Source: Raillietiella orientalis (taxonomy: Eukaryota). Taken from it: a stretch of DNA of 64,000 bases. The notes under the pieces were generated by a model. The model had not been told where the DNA came from, ran no database searches, and worked only from the letters and a program-made list of their open reading frames with translations. Location of the stretch: the NCBI GenBank assembly GCA_036172245.1, contig JAYWIR010000011.1, positions 2,666,001 through 2,730,000 on the forward strand, read 5' to 3'. This document shows positions 1 through 11,600 of the stretch, in pieces; the first letter of the stretch is position 1, and the number at the start of each line of letters is the position of its first letter. The position numbers and the translations under genes were made by a program.

Positions 1-199
1 GGACCTCTCTCTTCCTCTTTAGAGGAAGTTGGAGTTCGGCCGGAGACCCATGGTGCCGTCCGTCTACCGCAGGATCGCCTCTCAAAGGTCTGAGGTCAAA
101 GCAGGCAAGGACTGTACGTGAGGGGGGGCTCCGTCGCCCCTTCTCAGGCTGTTTTTCACAGCGGGCGACAACCTTCGCTTCGCTGCTTGGTGCTTCCTG

Positions 200-1100
200 C
201 GCCCGTGCGACAGGACCGTGTCCTGATACCCCGGAAGGCCCCGTTAACAGACAGGCCGCACCGAGGTTGCGCGGCTCGGAATGGGGCCCCCCAACCGCTC
301 GCTTCACAAAGAGGCCCTCTCTTGTAGGCGGCTGAGCACGATGCCGCTGCGAAGCGGACGTCATCGTCCAAGTGCGTCCTCCATAGGGAAACTCTCCGGT
401 AGGATGCTCGTGGAGGCCAGGCCCAGTGCTGCAGAAGCGCTGCTGTCGCCCGTCAGCTAGAGACTTCCGTGCCTCCGGAATGCAAGAGAAGTGCGACGGC
501 CCGGACGCCTGCCCACGGGCTCCTGACCAGGAAAAGGCTCGCGGCACGTAGTGAGCGCGCGATCGGATCTCTAGGATGCTGGGAGCAACCAGACGACGCA
601 AGACCTTTGCGCGAGGCAGGAGCCCCAAGGCTGGGTACGGAGAAAACGAGGCCGCCACCGGACGATGGTGGTTGGAACGTCCTCTGGATCACTCCCCCGA
701 CGGCGTCTGCAGCCCGGTGGCATACCGAGGACGAGAAGGCGTCTCCGGGCAGCAGGTGTACAGTGGCGGATCCCAAGGAGAGCCTTCAAGGACGGAGACC
801 CACCCCGTCTTTTTTCCTCCAGGCCCGAAGGACTCGAAGATGGTGCGGAGCCATCTTTTTGGTTGGCCCGCGCACGCCTAGTATTCTCGTCGCTGAAATC
901 CGCCTGCCACTGGGTCCATCTGGGCGGGGAACTCTGGAAGGACAGGCAGGTATTCCAGATAGGAGTCGTGGGAAAAGGGGTGTTTTTCTAGGGTGGAACT
1001 CTTTCCCGAGTGTCCCAAAAAGAACCTCCACCTTCACCCCACTCGCGCCCCACTCCCGAAACGGAGGAATTTCCTTTGTCTCCGACTCCTGTGCTCGGAG
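200..1100 (+). mobile_element. Decayed L1/Tx1-like LINE ORF2 reverse-transcriptase remnant
   Basis: Degenerate RT motifs occur in the expected order: RKAPLTDRP (~KAPGxDG, ~232-258), KRLAARSERAIGSLGCWEQ (~KxLAxRLxxxxxxLIxxxQ, ~532-588), SLQGRRPTPSFFLQA (~GLRQGxPLSPxLFxLA, ~781-825), QAGIPDRSRGK (~SGLxINxxK) and VFLGW (~YLG, ~982-996). Most lie in ORF 469..1224. The catalytic YADD is not intact. Matched by eye. Confidence 0.55.
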
Positions 1101-4100
1101 GAACCTCTCCTGGACCACTTCTTGGCGCCGCCCACGCCACTTCCCCGCCTGGGAACTGATGGGTCAACGCACCTCCTGGGAGCAAGAAGGAAGACCCCCT
1201 ACCTTGAACATCCCTCCTGAGTGAAGGTCCTACATGAGCAGGACCCTTTTGCCATGGTCCGCTTCTCCTTTGCATCCGCCTTCAAAGCTGCCGTGTTCCT
1301 ACGGGAGGAAGAACTTTCCTTTCTACGGAAGGCCACTCTCGTTGCTCAGCAACCCCATCCAGGCAGGAAACGCTTCTTTCCCTTCTCATACGGGGAGCTC
1401 CGTTCTCCACAGACCCCGAAGCGGAAGGATGCAAAGGGGAGGGACGGTTGGGTTGCCCAGCAACAACACCTCTTTTCGTCCCTCCCCTCTTCCACAGCTT
1501 CCTCGGGCCACCTTCAGAGTCGCTTGGCTGCACGACACCGGCCGCGGCGGCTAAGGAGAGGGGGAGGACTCATGTCTCGCGGTCGTCAGGGCAACAGGCG
1601 ACCCCTCTGGCGCCGCCTTGTCTCTGCAGCTTCTCCCGGAAGCAGCTGCTGCCGCTGCTCCACCTGCGTCCAGCAAGAAAGGCGGGCGGAGAACCGCACA
1701 GACACCAAGGGATGACCTTCCTTGGGAGCCCGCGACCTCTCCTTCCGGGGGATTCGTGTGGGAGGGGGGAGAGGTTGAGAGCGCTCCTCTCTCTGAACCC
1801 ACCCGCACTCAGCGAGGATGTAAGATCAGATCACGCCCCTCCTCCTCGCCATTATCGGTAGAGTGGGGGAGGTCCCAATCGAAGGGGGTCACAACTTCCA
1901 AGAGCGGGTCTGACCTTCGTCCTCCCCCGTCGCGGAAGGCTGGGCAGATTTGTCGGCGGCGGCGTGGAGAAGCCCAGCCTCTCGACTTTCCTGCACCGCG
2001 CGCGCGAGATCATACACAACGAGCGGCCACGGCTGGGGAGGAAAATTGGGGGTGAGGGGTGGGGGGAATCCGGCTGCCTCCGCTGTCCGGCGGAGGTTGG
2101 CTCCTCCCTCAGGAGCAGGACGACGATCGCCAGTGGAATAGCACGGAGGAGGAGGAGGAGGAAGAGGAGGGGAAAACCATGGCAACGGAGGGAGCCCTCG
2201 CTCCCGGGAGAGCGGCCGGCGAGTATTCCCGGTACCTCGGCTGACTCTTCGCCGGATCGGGAAGGAGGAAGGATCTCAGGAAGAGGCGGAGCAGCTCCGG
2301 CGTCAACCCGAGCGTCTCCCCTCGAGAGCGTGAGCGCAGACGGGGTGGCTGGCGGAGGTCGAACAGTGGCTGGCGGGTTCTGGGGAGACCCCCCTCCCCT
2401 CCTGCGTGCAGATCGCTTGGGCACGCCGGAGGGAGATGAAGGGGAGGGGAGGGGTGGACGGGGAAGTGACGAGCCGCCCGGATGCTTCTTCCTCCTCCAT
2501 GGAAACGGACCAGAGCCACCTCAGTCGGCTAAAGCGGGAGGGGGGCCCCGCCGCAGGATCTCTCCCGTGTTGTCAGGCGTCGGCGCCACCCTTCTTCCTT
2601 ACCACCCCATCCCTCTGAGAGAGTCCCATTTGAGAGGGTGCTGCTATCGGGAGAGTCCGAGGGGCGAGGAAGGGGGTCAGGAGACCGGTCGTGAGTTGAT
2701 CCCCCCTTCAGGGGTCGAGGGACGGCTCCGACAGGAAAGAAGACCGCAGGGCTATCGATCCCCCGGTCGCAACCTCCGGATGGAGAGTAGATCGGCTTCC
2801 CGCCGTCTCCTGGGAGGAGCAGGTGTGGGGGTCGAGGATGGGGGCTTCTTTGCTCTTCCGAAGCTGTTGCCCGCGAACCACAGACCGCGGACCCGGGAGG
2901 AGGGGAGTTGCCCTGAACACCAGCCGCGCACTCGGACCCCACGGGCAGTACCCCTTCCTCCCTCCCTCCCCTCGAGAGGCGAGGCGAGCATGGCGGGTGG
3001 CGATCACTTGATCTCTTCCTCATCCTCCCCCTCGGCGCCTACCTCGGATGAGGGAGGAAAGGCAGCTCGCCGAGCAGGGCCACCGCAGCCCTTGCACCGG
3101 TCCCCGGGAAGCGCTTCTCCACCCAGACGCCACAGGGAAGGGGTAACACCTCCCATTCGCCCCAAGGCCACGTGCGAGCTCGCGCCTCGCGCGGAAGGAG
3201 GGAAGGCCTGGGGGTGAGGAGGGACGGGAAAGCGCTGCTCAGGAGCACCCCGCGAGCTCCCCTTTCGCTCCCGGCCCCTGCCCTTTCCGGAACGTCCCCC
3301 CCGCCGAGTCGACGGGGAGAGAGCGCGTCGGTGGCCCGGAAACTTCTGGCATTCCCCCTCCGCGCCAGTCTTGAGCTGCGGGCAGCCGCCTTGATCGCCC
3401 GTTCTTCGTGGAGAACAAGGAAGGGGGTGCAGGGGTGCGACTCTTGTGACCTCTCGAGGCACCTCACGCGTGGGTCAGCAGACTGAAGCGGTTAGCGCGA
3501 GTGGAGACCAGTGAGAGGTCATTGGTCATAGCGAACGCAGGGGGTCATGCGGGCCTCGATGCCAGTGGCTCCTGCCCCCGCCGGGATTGCTTGCTTGCTC
3601 AGGGCGCCAGCAGGAGTGCGTGACGCTTCCCGCCCGTCTTTGGCGCGCGCAGGGAACGGCGGGGAAGGAGGGGGCACGCGGCATCTCCCCCCAGAGGGAA
3701 GAAGGTTGCGCCCGCTTCTATCGAGCGCGCTTGGGAGATGGCGCCAGGAGACTTCGTGCTCCCCCCTTCGGCTTCTCTCGCGTGGTCTCCCCCCTCCTTA
3801 CCCTCAGAGAGGGTGCTCTCCAAATTGGCGGGTCTGGGGAAGCCGCCGCCCTCCAGGCGCAATCGGCGGCCCCTGCGTCTTCCATCCCTCCCCCACGGCT
3901 CTTCTCTCCCCCCCCCTCTCTCGCGCGCTCCAGGAGGGCTGCTGCCGTCCTTCCCCGCGGCAGCCTGGCCTCCCCCTCCCCTCTCGGGGTGTGAGAGGTC
4001 AAGGTGGGCGAGGGTCGTCGTCTCAGGCGGCCTCGGCACCCGCTGGCCGACGGCCGGTCTCCTGGCCGAGGGCGGCGGCGGACCTCCCTCCGCACGCGTG

Positions 4101-4313
4101 CTTCCGCCGCCGCCTTCCCCCTCGCTTCTCCCCGTGCCAGGACTTTCGCCACGTGGGCAGAACCGGAGACAGACCCCCCCCCCTGCCCCCTTCCCCGGAG
4201 GGCAGCGGCGCGGGAGCACGGCGACTGGCGGAGGCTGCGACGCGCTGCGCGCGTGTCTCCTCAACCCGCCTTGCCGACTACGTCCGACAGGGGGGACGGG
4301 CCTGAAGGCCGCA

Positions 4314-4518
4314 CTGCGCAGGCGCCTGCGAGCTATCGATTGGAGCTCGGCTTGCGCGAGGCAGCCTCCAGCCAGTTGACGTTTCAAAGGCCGTGTGGAC
4401 GCGTCTGTTTGCACGGGCGTGATGCTGTCGGGCAGCACAAAAGATCCTGTGGTTTTCTGGTAGCCGCACGCTCGCGATGGCGGAGTCGAGTAAAGATCTC
4501 GTGGTCACTTCGGTAGGT
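4314..4518 (+). promoter_or_regulatory. Candidate Pol II promoter and first exon
   Basis: NRF1/Ewg-like CTGCGCAGGCGC (4314-4325), DRE-like TATCGATT (4334-4341) and Inr-like CCAGTT (4372-4377). These are followed by an ATG in good context (GCGATGG, 4477) reading MAESSKDLVVTS up to a strong donor CG|GTAGGT at 4512/4513. Confidence 0.35.
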
Positions 4519-5605
4519 GCCCCTCTCTCTCTTTTTTTTTTCTTGTCGATTCCTTGCTTGCGTGCTTGACCCGTGCCCCGAGTGCTGACCGAATTTCGCG
4601 TGGTTCCCCCTGGGCCTAGTCTGTTTGCTGGGGAGCGCCCTCGTCGTGCCGCCAAGTTCTGCCGTGGCTTCCGAGGCTGTCGCGGCCTCTCCACGATTAC
4701 GAACGGGAGTGCTTGCAGGCGACCGAGGTTGCCTCGCAACCGCTTCCCACCGTGCACCGCCGGTCTCCCAAGTTTCCGACGAACGCGTGTTTCGCGTGAG
4801 CCGCCGCCCGCGTCGGCGCATCCGTGGTGTGCCGGGGGTCCTGTCGGGGAGGGTGGGAAGGGAGATCGGTTCCCGTCTCTGCTTCTTGTCCCGGTGAAGG
4901 CGCGAGACGGCGGTCTTTCTCGTGGTCGCTCCTGCTTTCGCGTTCTCCTAGGCGGTCCCCGAGGAGAGGGGACCGGGAGCGAGTCGTCCGCGCTGCTCCG
5001 CCGGGCGCGCAGAGTTGGCTTTGCGCGGCGGTTTCGCTGTGTTTGCATTCCTGGAACGCGCTCAAGGCTTTGAGGAATGGTTCCTCTGCTTCTGTGGCGA
5101 TCACGCCGAAAAGTCTTTGTGCTAAGCTGGGATGATCAATTGTGTTGCATGGAGGCTGATTCCCCGTTCATCTTGCTGTCTTGCCCGGGAACATCCTGCT
5201 GGCGAAGAGCCACGGAAAGTTATCGCGTTGTTTTCTTCTTCTTTCCGTGGATCCACAGACAGGGAGAACCTTTTTTTTTTTTTCTTTTTTTTTGCGCGCG
5301 CGTTGCCGTCGCTTCCCCCCACCACGTCCCGCACCAGCCAGGAGAGCGCGAGGCGGGATCTCCTCACGCCGGGATTCGCTACTAAAAATGAAACGTCTCT
5401 TGCAGCAGAGGAAACTTCCGTCCTGCCCGCGAGATGCGTCGGGTCGCGCTTTCCTCTTCCTCGCTGGTCGCTCCGAGGAAGAATAAACTTCACATCTTTC
5501 TCACAGTCGGTGGGGCCCGTCGCAGCGCTCCCAGTGTTTGCGCGCGAAAACGCGCGTAAATACATGTCGCTGCTCACGTGCTGCTGCCGCTGCTGCTCCA
5601 TCCGC

Positions 5606-5625
5606 GTGTGTGTGTGTGTGTGTGT
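5606..5625. repeat. (GT)n microsatellite
   Basis: Uninterrupted GT run read directly. Confidence 0.85.
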
Positions 5626-8600
5626 GCTGTCAAACCCCCGAAGTCGGTCGGATGAAGGGAGTGAACGCAGGCTGCATAAAGAATGCGCATCAGATGCGCC
5701 GATTCGCTGCGAAATCGGGAGCCTTCCTGCTGCCCTGGAGCGTGCTGCTAGGTGTGCCCTGGGAGGGCCTGCCCTACTTCCTTCCTTCCTTCCTTCCTTC
5801 CTTTTTCGCGATTTCAAGATGAAGTGCCCCTCCACCCCTCCCCACCCCCCTTTCTGTCCTTCCGCACCGAACCTGATCGCTCCGGGATCAGACGTCGCCG
5901 TCCTCCGTTTCGCGTCCGGGGTGTGCGTGCGTGCTGCGTTGCCCGGGACACGCCTCCCCCGGCGAATTCCCTTGAGAAGAAACAGCAGCGGTCGGGAGCA
6001 GCATTGCGTCTCCGAGGCGCTGCTTTCGCATCTCTCATTTGTTTGCCTCTCGTTCGGATTCTTCGGTGCCACACTCGCGCGCGTTTCCCTCGTGGAGTGC
6101 ACGGAAGAACCGCGGTTTTTCCCTTCCCTTCCCTTTCCTACCTCCCCCCCACCCCTCCTCCCGAACTTTCCTTGCGATGGAATGGGATTCCGCGGGCACG
6201 GACCCGTGCCCGCGGAATCGATAAGCCCGCCCCATAGTTCCGTAGGAAGTGTGTCGTGCACCTCCCGATCGGACGAGCGTCGTCGGCCAGTGTCCTGCAA
6301 GCAGGAACACCGTGAAACGCTCTTTGTCCTCCAAGGAGCAGCTCCCGATGCTGCGGATACGGAGGATCAATATTTCATTTTGAGAGGGGGTTATTCCATC
6401 CTCGCTTCCGCCAGATCTTGCTATCCAAATTTTGCAATCTAAAAAAAAAAAAAAAGAGAGAGAGAGAGAGAAAATCGACCGTTTCCGAATTGCGGTATCG
6501 ATCTCCGCCATCGGATGGCTGCTGCCATTACCTGAATCATCGTTTTCATCTTCGGGCGATTATTCATGTAACGAGTGTCCAGACACCGAGTTGCCTAGGT
6601 GATCAGCTGCACTTTGTGTTTATCCACTCTCGCCTTTACGGCAGGACACGCGTTCGACACGGTCAACAAGAGCCCAGTGGTGGATTTTTCACGTGATGAA
6701 AGATTCCTCTCGCATTAATTGGAAACGCCGGTAATTGGAAAGTGCGTGGAGGAGACGGCGCACGCGCGGTCCGCCCCGCACGGAAGGCCTTCTTCGTGTA
6801 CGGCCACGTACCACGAGCAGACCTTTCCGGAGAAAAACGCAAAAAGCAACAAAGAGCAAGAAGAAGAGTTGCCCTACTTTGTGTTTATGTCCTGCATTTC
6901 ATTTTTTTTTGCGTGGTGGATGGGGGGAGGGGAGGAATAAAAGGTCCCTCGGAAAATTCGGGTTTCGGCCTGGGTGTTTTCCGGGAGTGAAGTTTCCTTC
7001 CTTCCTGATCAGCGCAGGTGGGGCTGCCGACCATCCCGCGAAGAACAGCTGAGGCGCGTCCTTCGCTTTAGGCGGAGGGGGGACAAACCGTCTTCGGGAT
7101 GCGGGGCTCCTGTGCCCGCCGAAGCGGCTTCCGGAATCCGTGGGTCTCGCAAGCGCGGTCAGTCGGCTGCAGGGCGGCGTGCAAATGGCCGCCCTGCAGC
7201 TGCGGACGTTCCGATCTCGTTGACGCCGTCGTCGTGGTGAGAAGATGCGCAAGGGGACCGCGAGCTGCCAGCCAGAAAAGGGCGTCTCCGTGGGACAGGG
7301 TGCAGATATCTCTCCGTTCCGTGTCCCATCCGCCAAGAAGGCACTTTGGCCGCACTCAGGTGCGCGTGCCGTGGGCACCCGGATTTCTGTCCAGACCCCA
7401 AAAATCTTCTTTCAGTTTACACTGCTTTCTTTCTTTCTTTCGCGTTTTTCCCTATCACTCGACAAGAAGTGCCTCCGGAAGTGTCGAAATCGCGCTTCCG
7501 GACAAACAAACAGATCGAAAAACCCATGTAACTCTTCCTCTGTCTTTCTGGTCCGCGTTTGCGGAGCTGCATTGAAAAATCAGAAGAACGGCTCGTCTCA
7601 TCGGAAGAGAAGGAAACGTTCTCGGTGCTATCGATTCGGTTGCTTTCCTCTCACGCCAGGAATGGCATCCATGCACATCTGTTTGGGATTCTGTCCAAAA
7701 TGGAGTGAGCTCCCCTCTGACGCGATGATTCCTTTTTTTTTTTTCCTTTTTTCCTTCCCCCCCCCCCCCTTCTCTTCATGCGATGTACCAGCTCCAGGAC
7801 TCGATCGAACGAAATCGTGTGCCGCAAGCACCCATACCACTGTGAGCGTGCGTTATCCACTGCGGCTGTTGGATTCGTCTTAAGAAAGCACACTGTAGTG
7901 TTCACGAGAGCAAACGTCGAAAGATTGGCTTCGCTTCGGCACCATCAGCATGCCTACTGTCATCACGGTCCCAGATCGTCGTCGTCAGGGGTTGCTTAGC
8001 ATCCACTTTGGCCGGTAATTTGCCTCCCGCCGAATTCCTGCGTGTGATGAATTAGTTTGGTCGTGCTAAATGGGTCCCGTAAACGATTTCGACCTCGAGC
8101 GTGTTCTTGGGACACGGCAAGCCCACACTGTGCTGCTGCACCCATTCGCGAAGGAACGTCCAGCTCGAACACCACTTCCAGCCATATCCACGACGAGCAG
8201 GAATTCAGCAGCACGTGCCGTCGTTCCGAAAGCCACTCTTAAGAAAACGAAACGTCCTGCAAACGTTGCTGCAGCTGCAGAGATCGCTTTGCTAAGGTTT
8301 CAGCCGCAATCGTTCCTTCTCTTGTGCGGCGCTGGTAATTCTAGGAGACAGCATCGCATTGGTTGCAAGGTAAAAGGAAAAAAAAAAAAAAAAAAAAAAA
8401 ATGGTGTCTGTTTTCATCAAAGCTAATGAATTGCAAGCTCCTGTTTACGAGTGATGCCTTGGTGCCACGTTGAAATCTTTGTGGCACGTCGAAAATGGGA
8501 GAGTCGTGGCCTCGCTTGCCTGTTTTGCGCTGCTTCGTAAGATTGTGGCCAAATTCGCTTAATTGAGCTGCACGCTTGCTGCTCTCCCTGCTGCCTCCCC

Positions 8601-11600
8601 CTTCCGGGATGGAGGGAGAACTCGGCGCCGGGGTGCGTGGAGGAGTTCTTGCGGCGTTTCCTCGGTTGCGCGCCTTGCGCCGTGTTTCCGGCCGTCGCTT
8701 TCCTGCCGCGCAGAGATGCGTGTACACGGGAACCGTACACGACCGTGCCGTCGTCATCCCTCCTCGGTCGGATCGCCGCGCGTCACCTTTGTCCAGCTTT
8801 CCGCCACGGAGCGCCTTCGGGCGCGTCCTTTTCATTCCCTGCTCCCTTCCCCGGCGGCTGACGGAGGAGGCTTTTCCGAGTCCGGGTCCCGGCTCCTGCA
8901 CGTCCTGGGGCGGATTTTCCCGCAGCCGGGAAGTTCGAAATTCCACGTCCTCTCATTGTCCCTCAAGGAGGAAAGCCAGAGCGCGGCTGAGACGCGTCTC
9001 CGCCTTCAGCGTTTCTTTTGTTGGGTGTTGCATCCGTGGATGCTGGCTCGGCGGAAGAGCGACGCAGTCGCATTCTGACGGCTCCCAATTGGTGAAATAA
9101 GTTGGCCAGATGGATCGGAAACGCTGCGATGCTCCCACAAATCACCTCCGTTGCGTTAATCTTTCATCCCTTGTATTACGGTTTGTCGCTTTCCCGAGTG
9201 AATTCCAAACTCTTCGGGCCCCAAACGCTTCTCTCGTATTTCTTGTATATCACCTGTAAAATGATTGGAATCTGCTGCGTCTGAATCAGAAGCCTCTGGC
9301 TGCCTATTTTTAAAGTAAATTGAACGAAAACCCGTCGTGCCTTTCTTTCTTTCCTTTTTTTTTTTTTTTTTTTAAAGAAATATTTGATTGCACAAATGTG
9401 GAATCAGTTGAAAGAGAACCAAATAACAGCAGGCGTTTATAAGGCATGATGTACGGCTGTCCTCACACGATGATACAAAGTGATAGCATATACGGAAACA
9501 TTGTGGAATGCTTTCCGCACCCGTGCCGTGCCAATCTTTCGTAGAAGGGGGGGAAGGTGTCCTTCCTCGATGCACGGCAAAAAGGAAAAAAAACGTCCTC
9601 AGTTCCGCTTGACGACGTCTTGCGTCCTCTCGCCATCTTCCATACTCTCCACGGCAACCGGCGTAATCTGGGGAACAGGCAGAAGCAGCTGCATCTAGGG
9701 TCGAAGCTGGGGCGTCAGGTTGGGAACCTGGTTCTCGGAAATAGATCCGAGGTCAGCTAATAAAAGGTCCTCCTCGAACAGACGCGTATGCGTAGGTTCC
9801 CTGTTGTAGGTCGTCGTCGTTCGAGGAATGTAAGCGAATCACTTGCACTTTGTATTCGTTTCAAACGCAGCTTGTGATTTTTTTTTTTTTTTTTCCTCCT
9901 GCTGCGCAAATCAACACGCATGTCATGTGTGCCACGCTTCGGAATGTATTGACGTTCGTTTGTGATTTATGTTATGATTATTGTAATTATTGTGTTTATC
10001 ATTTTCGCCATCATAAGCACAAGAGTTATGCGCTTGGTGGTCGGGACGTGTGCCCGTTGGTTGCTCGGTTTTTTTCCTGTTTTCCCTCGCACTGAATTGC
10101 TAGCATTCGTATTATTTTTTATTATTTTTTTTTCCCTTGTATTTTCACATACATTTTTGTTTATTCCCATGTTTTACTGTCGTTTGTCCTTCCTCCTCCT
10201 TTTTTCGCAACTATTTTTCCCAAAGACTGATAGATCTTTGCGGGGCGGAGGCCGGTGGAAGCCGTTGTCTTTCAGCGCACACCGAAAGGCATATGGCGAA
10301 ATGAAGCACACGAGAAGAGTACGAAGAGCACCGATGTCTTCTTGAGTTGGTCACAGTCGGATGTGTAATGACTGCAATGTATGCTAATTTCTGGGAGGTC
10401 AGTGCGTGCATCTCCAGAGTGGGAATGAAAACACCTCCCCCCCCCCCAAAAAAAAAAAACAAGAAAAAAAAAAAAAAACACCCTCATTCCGAAGGTACCT
10501 ATTCGTTTCCAAAGGTTCCTATGAGTAAGTCGCTTCTCATGTCAATCGCGCAGGTTAAAAGTGCATCTATTTGGCATGCAGGAAGGATGCGGATGTGAGA
10601 CACGGAAGGTTTGCAAACGAATCAGTATGTTGGGAGGTCGAGAAGAAGAGTGCAGCAACTGCTAATCGCCCGCTTTTCGTAACCAAGGATTCGCCACTGC
10701 ACAATTCCACAGCAAGGAAGATTTCGAGCTTCGGACTGGCAAAGAAGTTCGGAGCAGCCAAAGAAGGCGGAAGTTTCAGCCGGAAGCGAAATGCGTGCCG
10801 GAAAGTTCCGTGTCCCATCTGTCGCGGGTGTGAGATTTTGTTTTTCAACTGCCTTTCCTCTTCCTGAAATCTTTTCTTTATAACCGATGTGAGCTTATCA
10901 CATCTTGATCGCGAGATGCTCGCATCGACACAGGAAGAAGACTGCCGCCCGAGTGGTAAGCGCTTGGTCCCAGGGTAGGGCTTACTTCACGGAAGAAAAC
11001 ACTGTACCTTATGGCGAATTGTGTTCTCCTTGGAGCTCGGCATCGTTTGGTACAATCGATACGGTTGGTTTAGGCCCGCAAGCGAACGGTATCTTCCCAT
11101 GGTGTGCTTAAGCCGCTGACCAACCCTACCGTTTCCAATGGGCCGAAATTGTCATTTGCACTCAACGAATGCAAAGGAGAATGCGCTTCATCAAAACGAG
11201 GCATCCAAAATCATTTGTATTGAAGCTGCTGCTTGGTGCAGTGTGTGCTGCTTCCGAGGAACAGACGGTCCGTGGGAGGTTTTAGCCTGTTGGAGGGGGG
11301 GGGGTTCACTTCTGGCACTCATGTGGAGCTCGAAAGCCCTCTGCAGCACGCACGCACGTGATGCTGTGTATGCGTTCTTCGGGCAACCGTGGCGATTGAT
11401 CCTTGAAGTTCGCTGCGCCGCAGCGCAAGAAAGTCTAATGGACAGCAAGGGTAGCCTTCCGAAGGTGACTCGTGAACACATTCATCCGGAATCCCATGCG
11501 GGAATATCCTTGATAAGTAATTGGAAGTCAGCCTGAGAAAATTGCCTTAGGTTTTCGCGTGCAAAATTTCGAACCGAAAATAAAGGAAAAAAACCTCTCT

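Noticed and set aside
1964..3217. 417-aa ORF, and a possible APE endonuclease remnant on the minus strand (RGIDS...PSDS)
   Set aside because: Low-complexity Arg/Gly/Pro translation typical of GC-rich non-coding DNA. The APE resemblance is too weak to call.
5122..6442. Overlapping 392-aa and 436-aa ORFs
   Set aside because: They run through poly-T, (GT)n and (TTCC)n tracts and show no recognisable domain.
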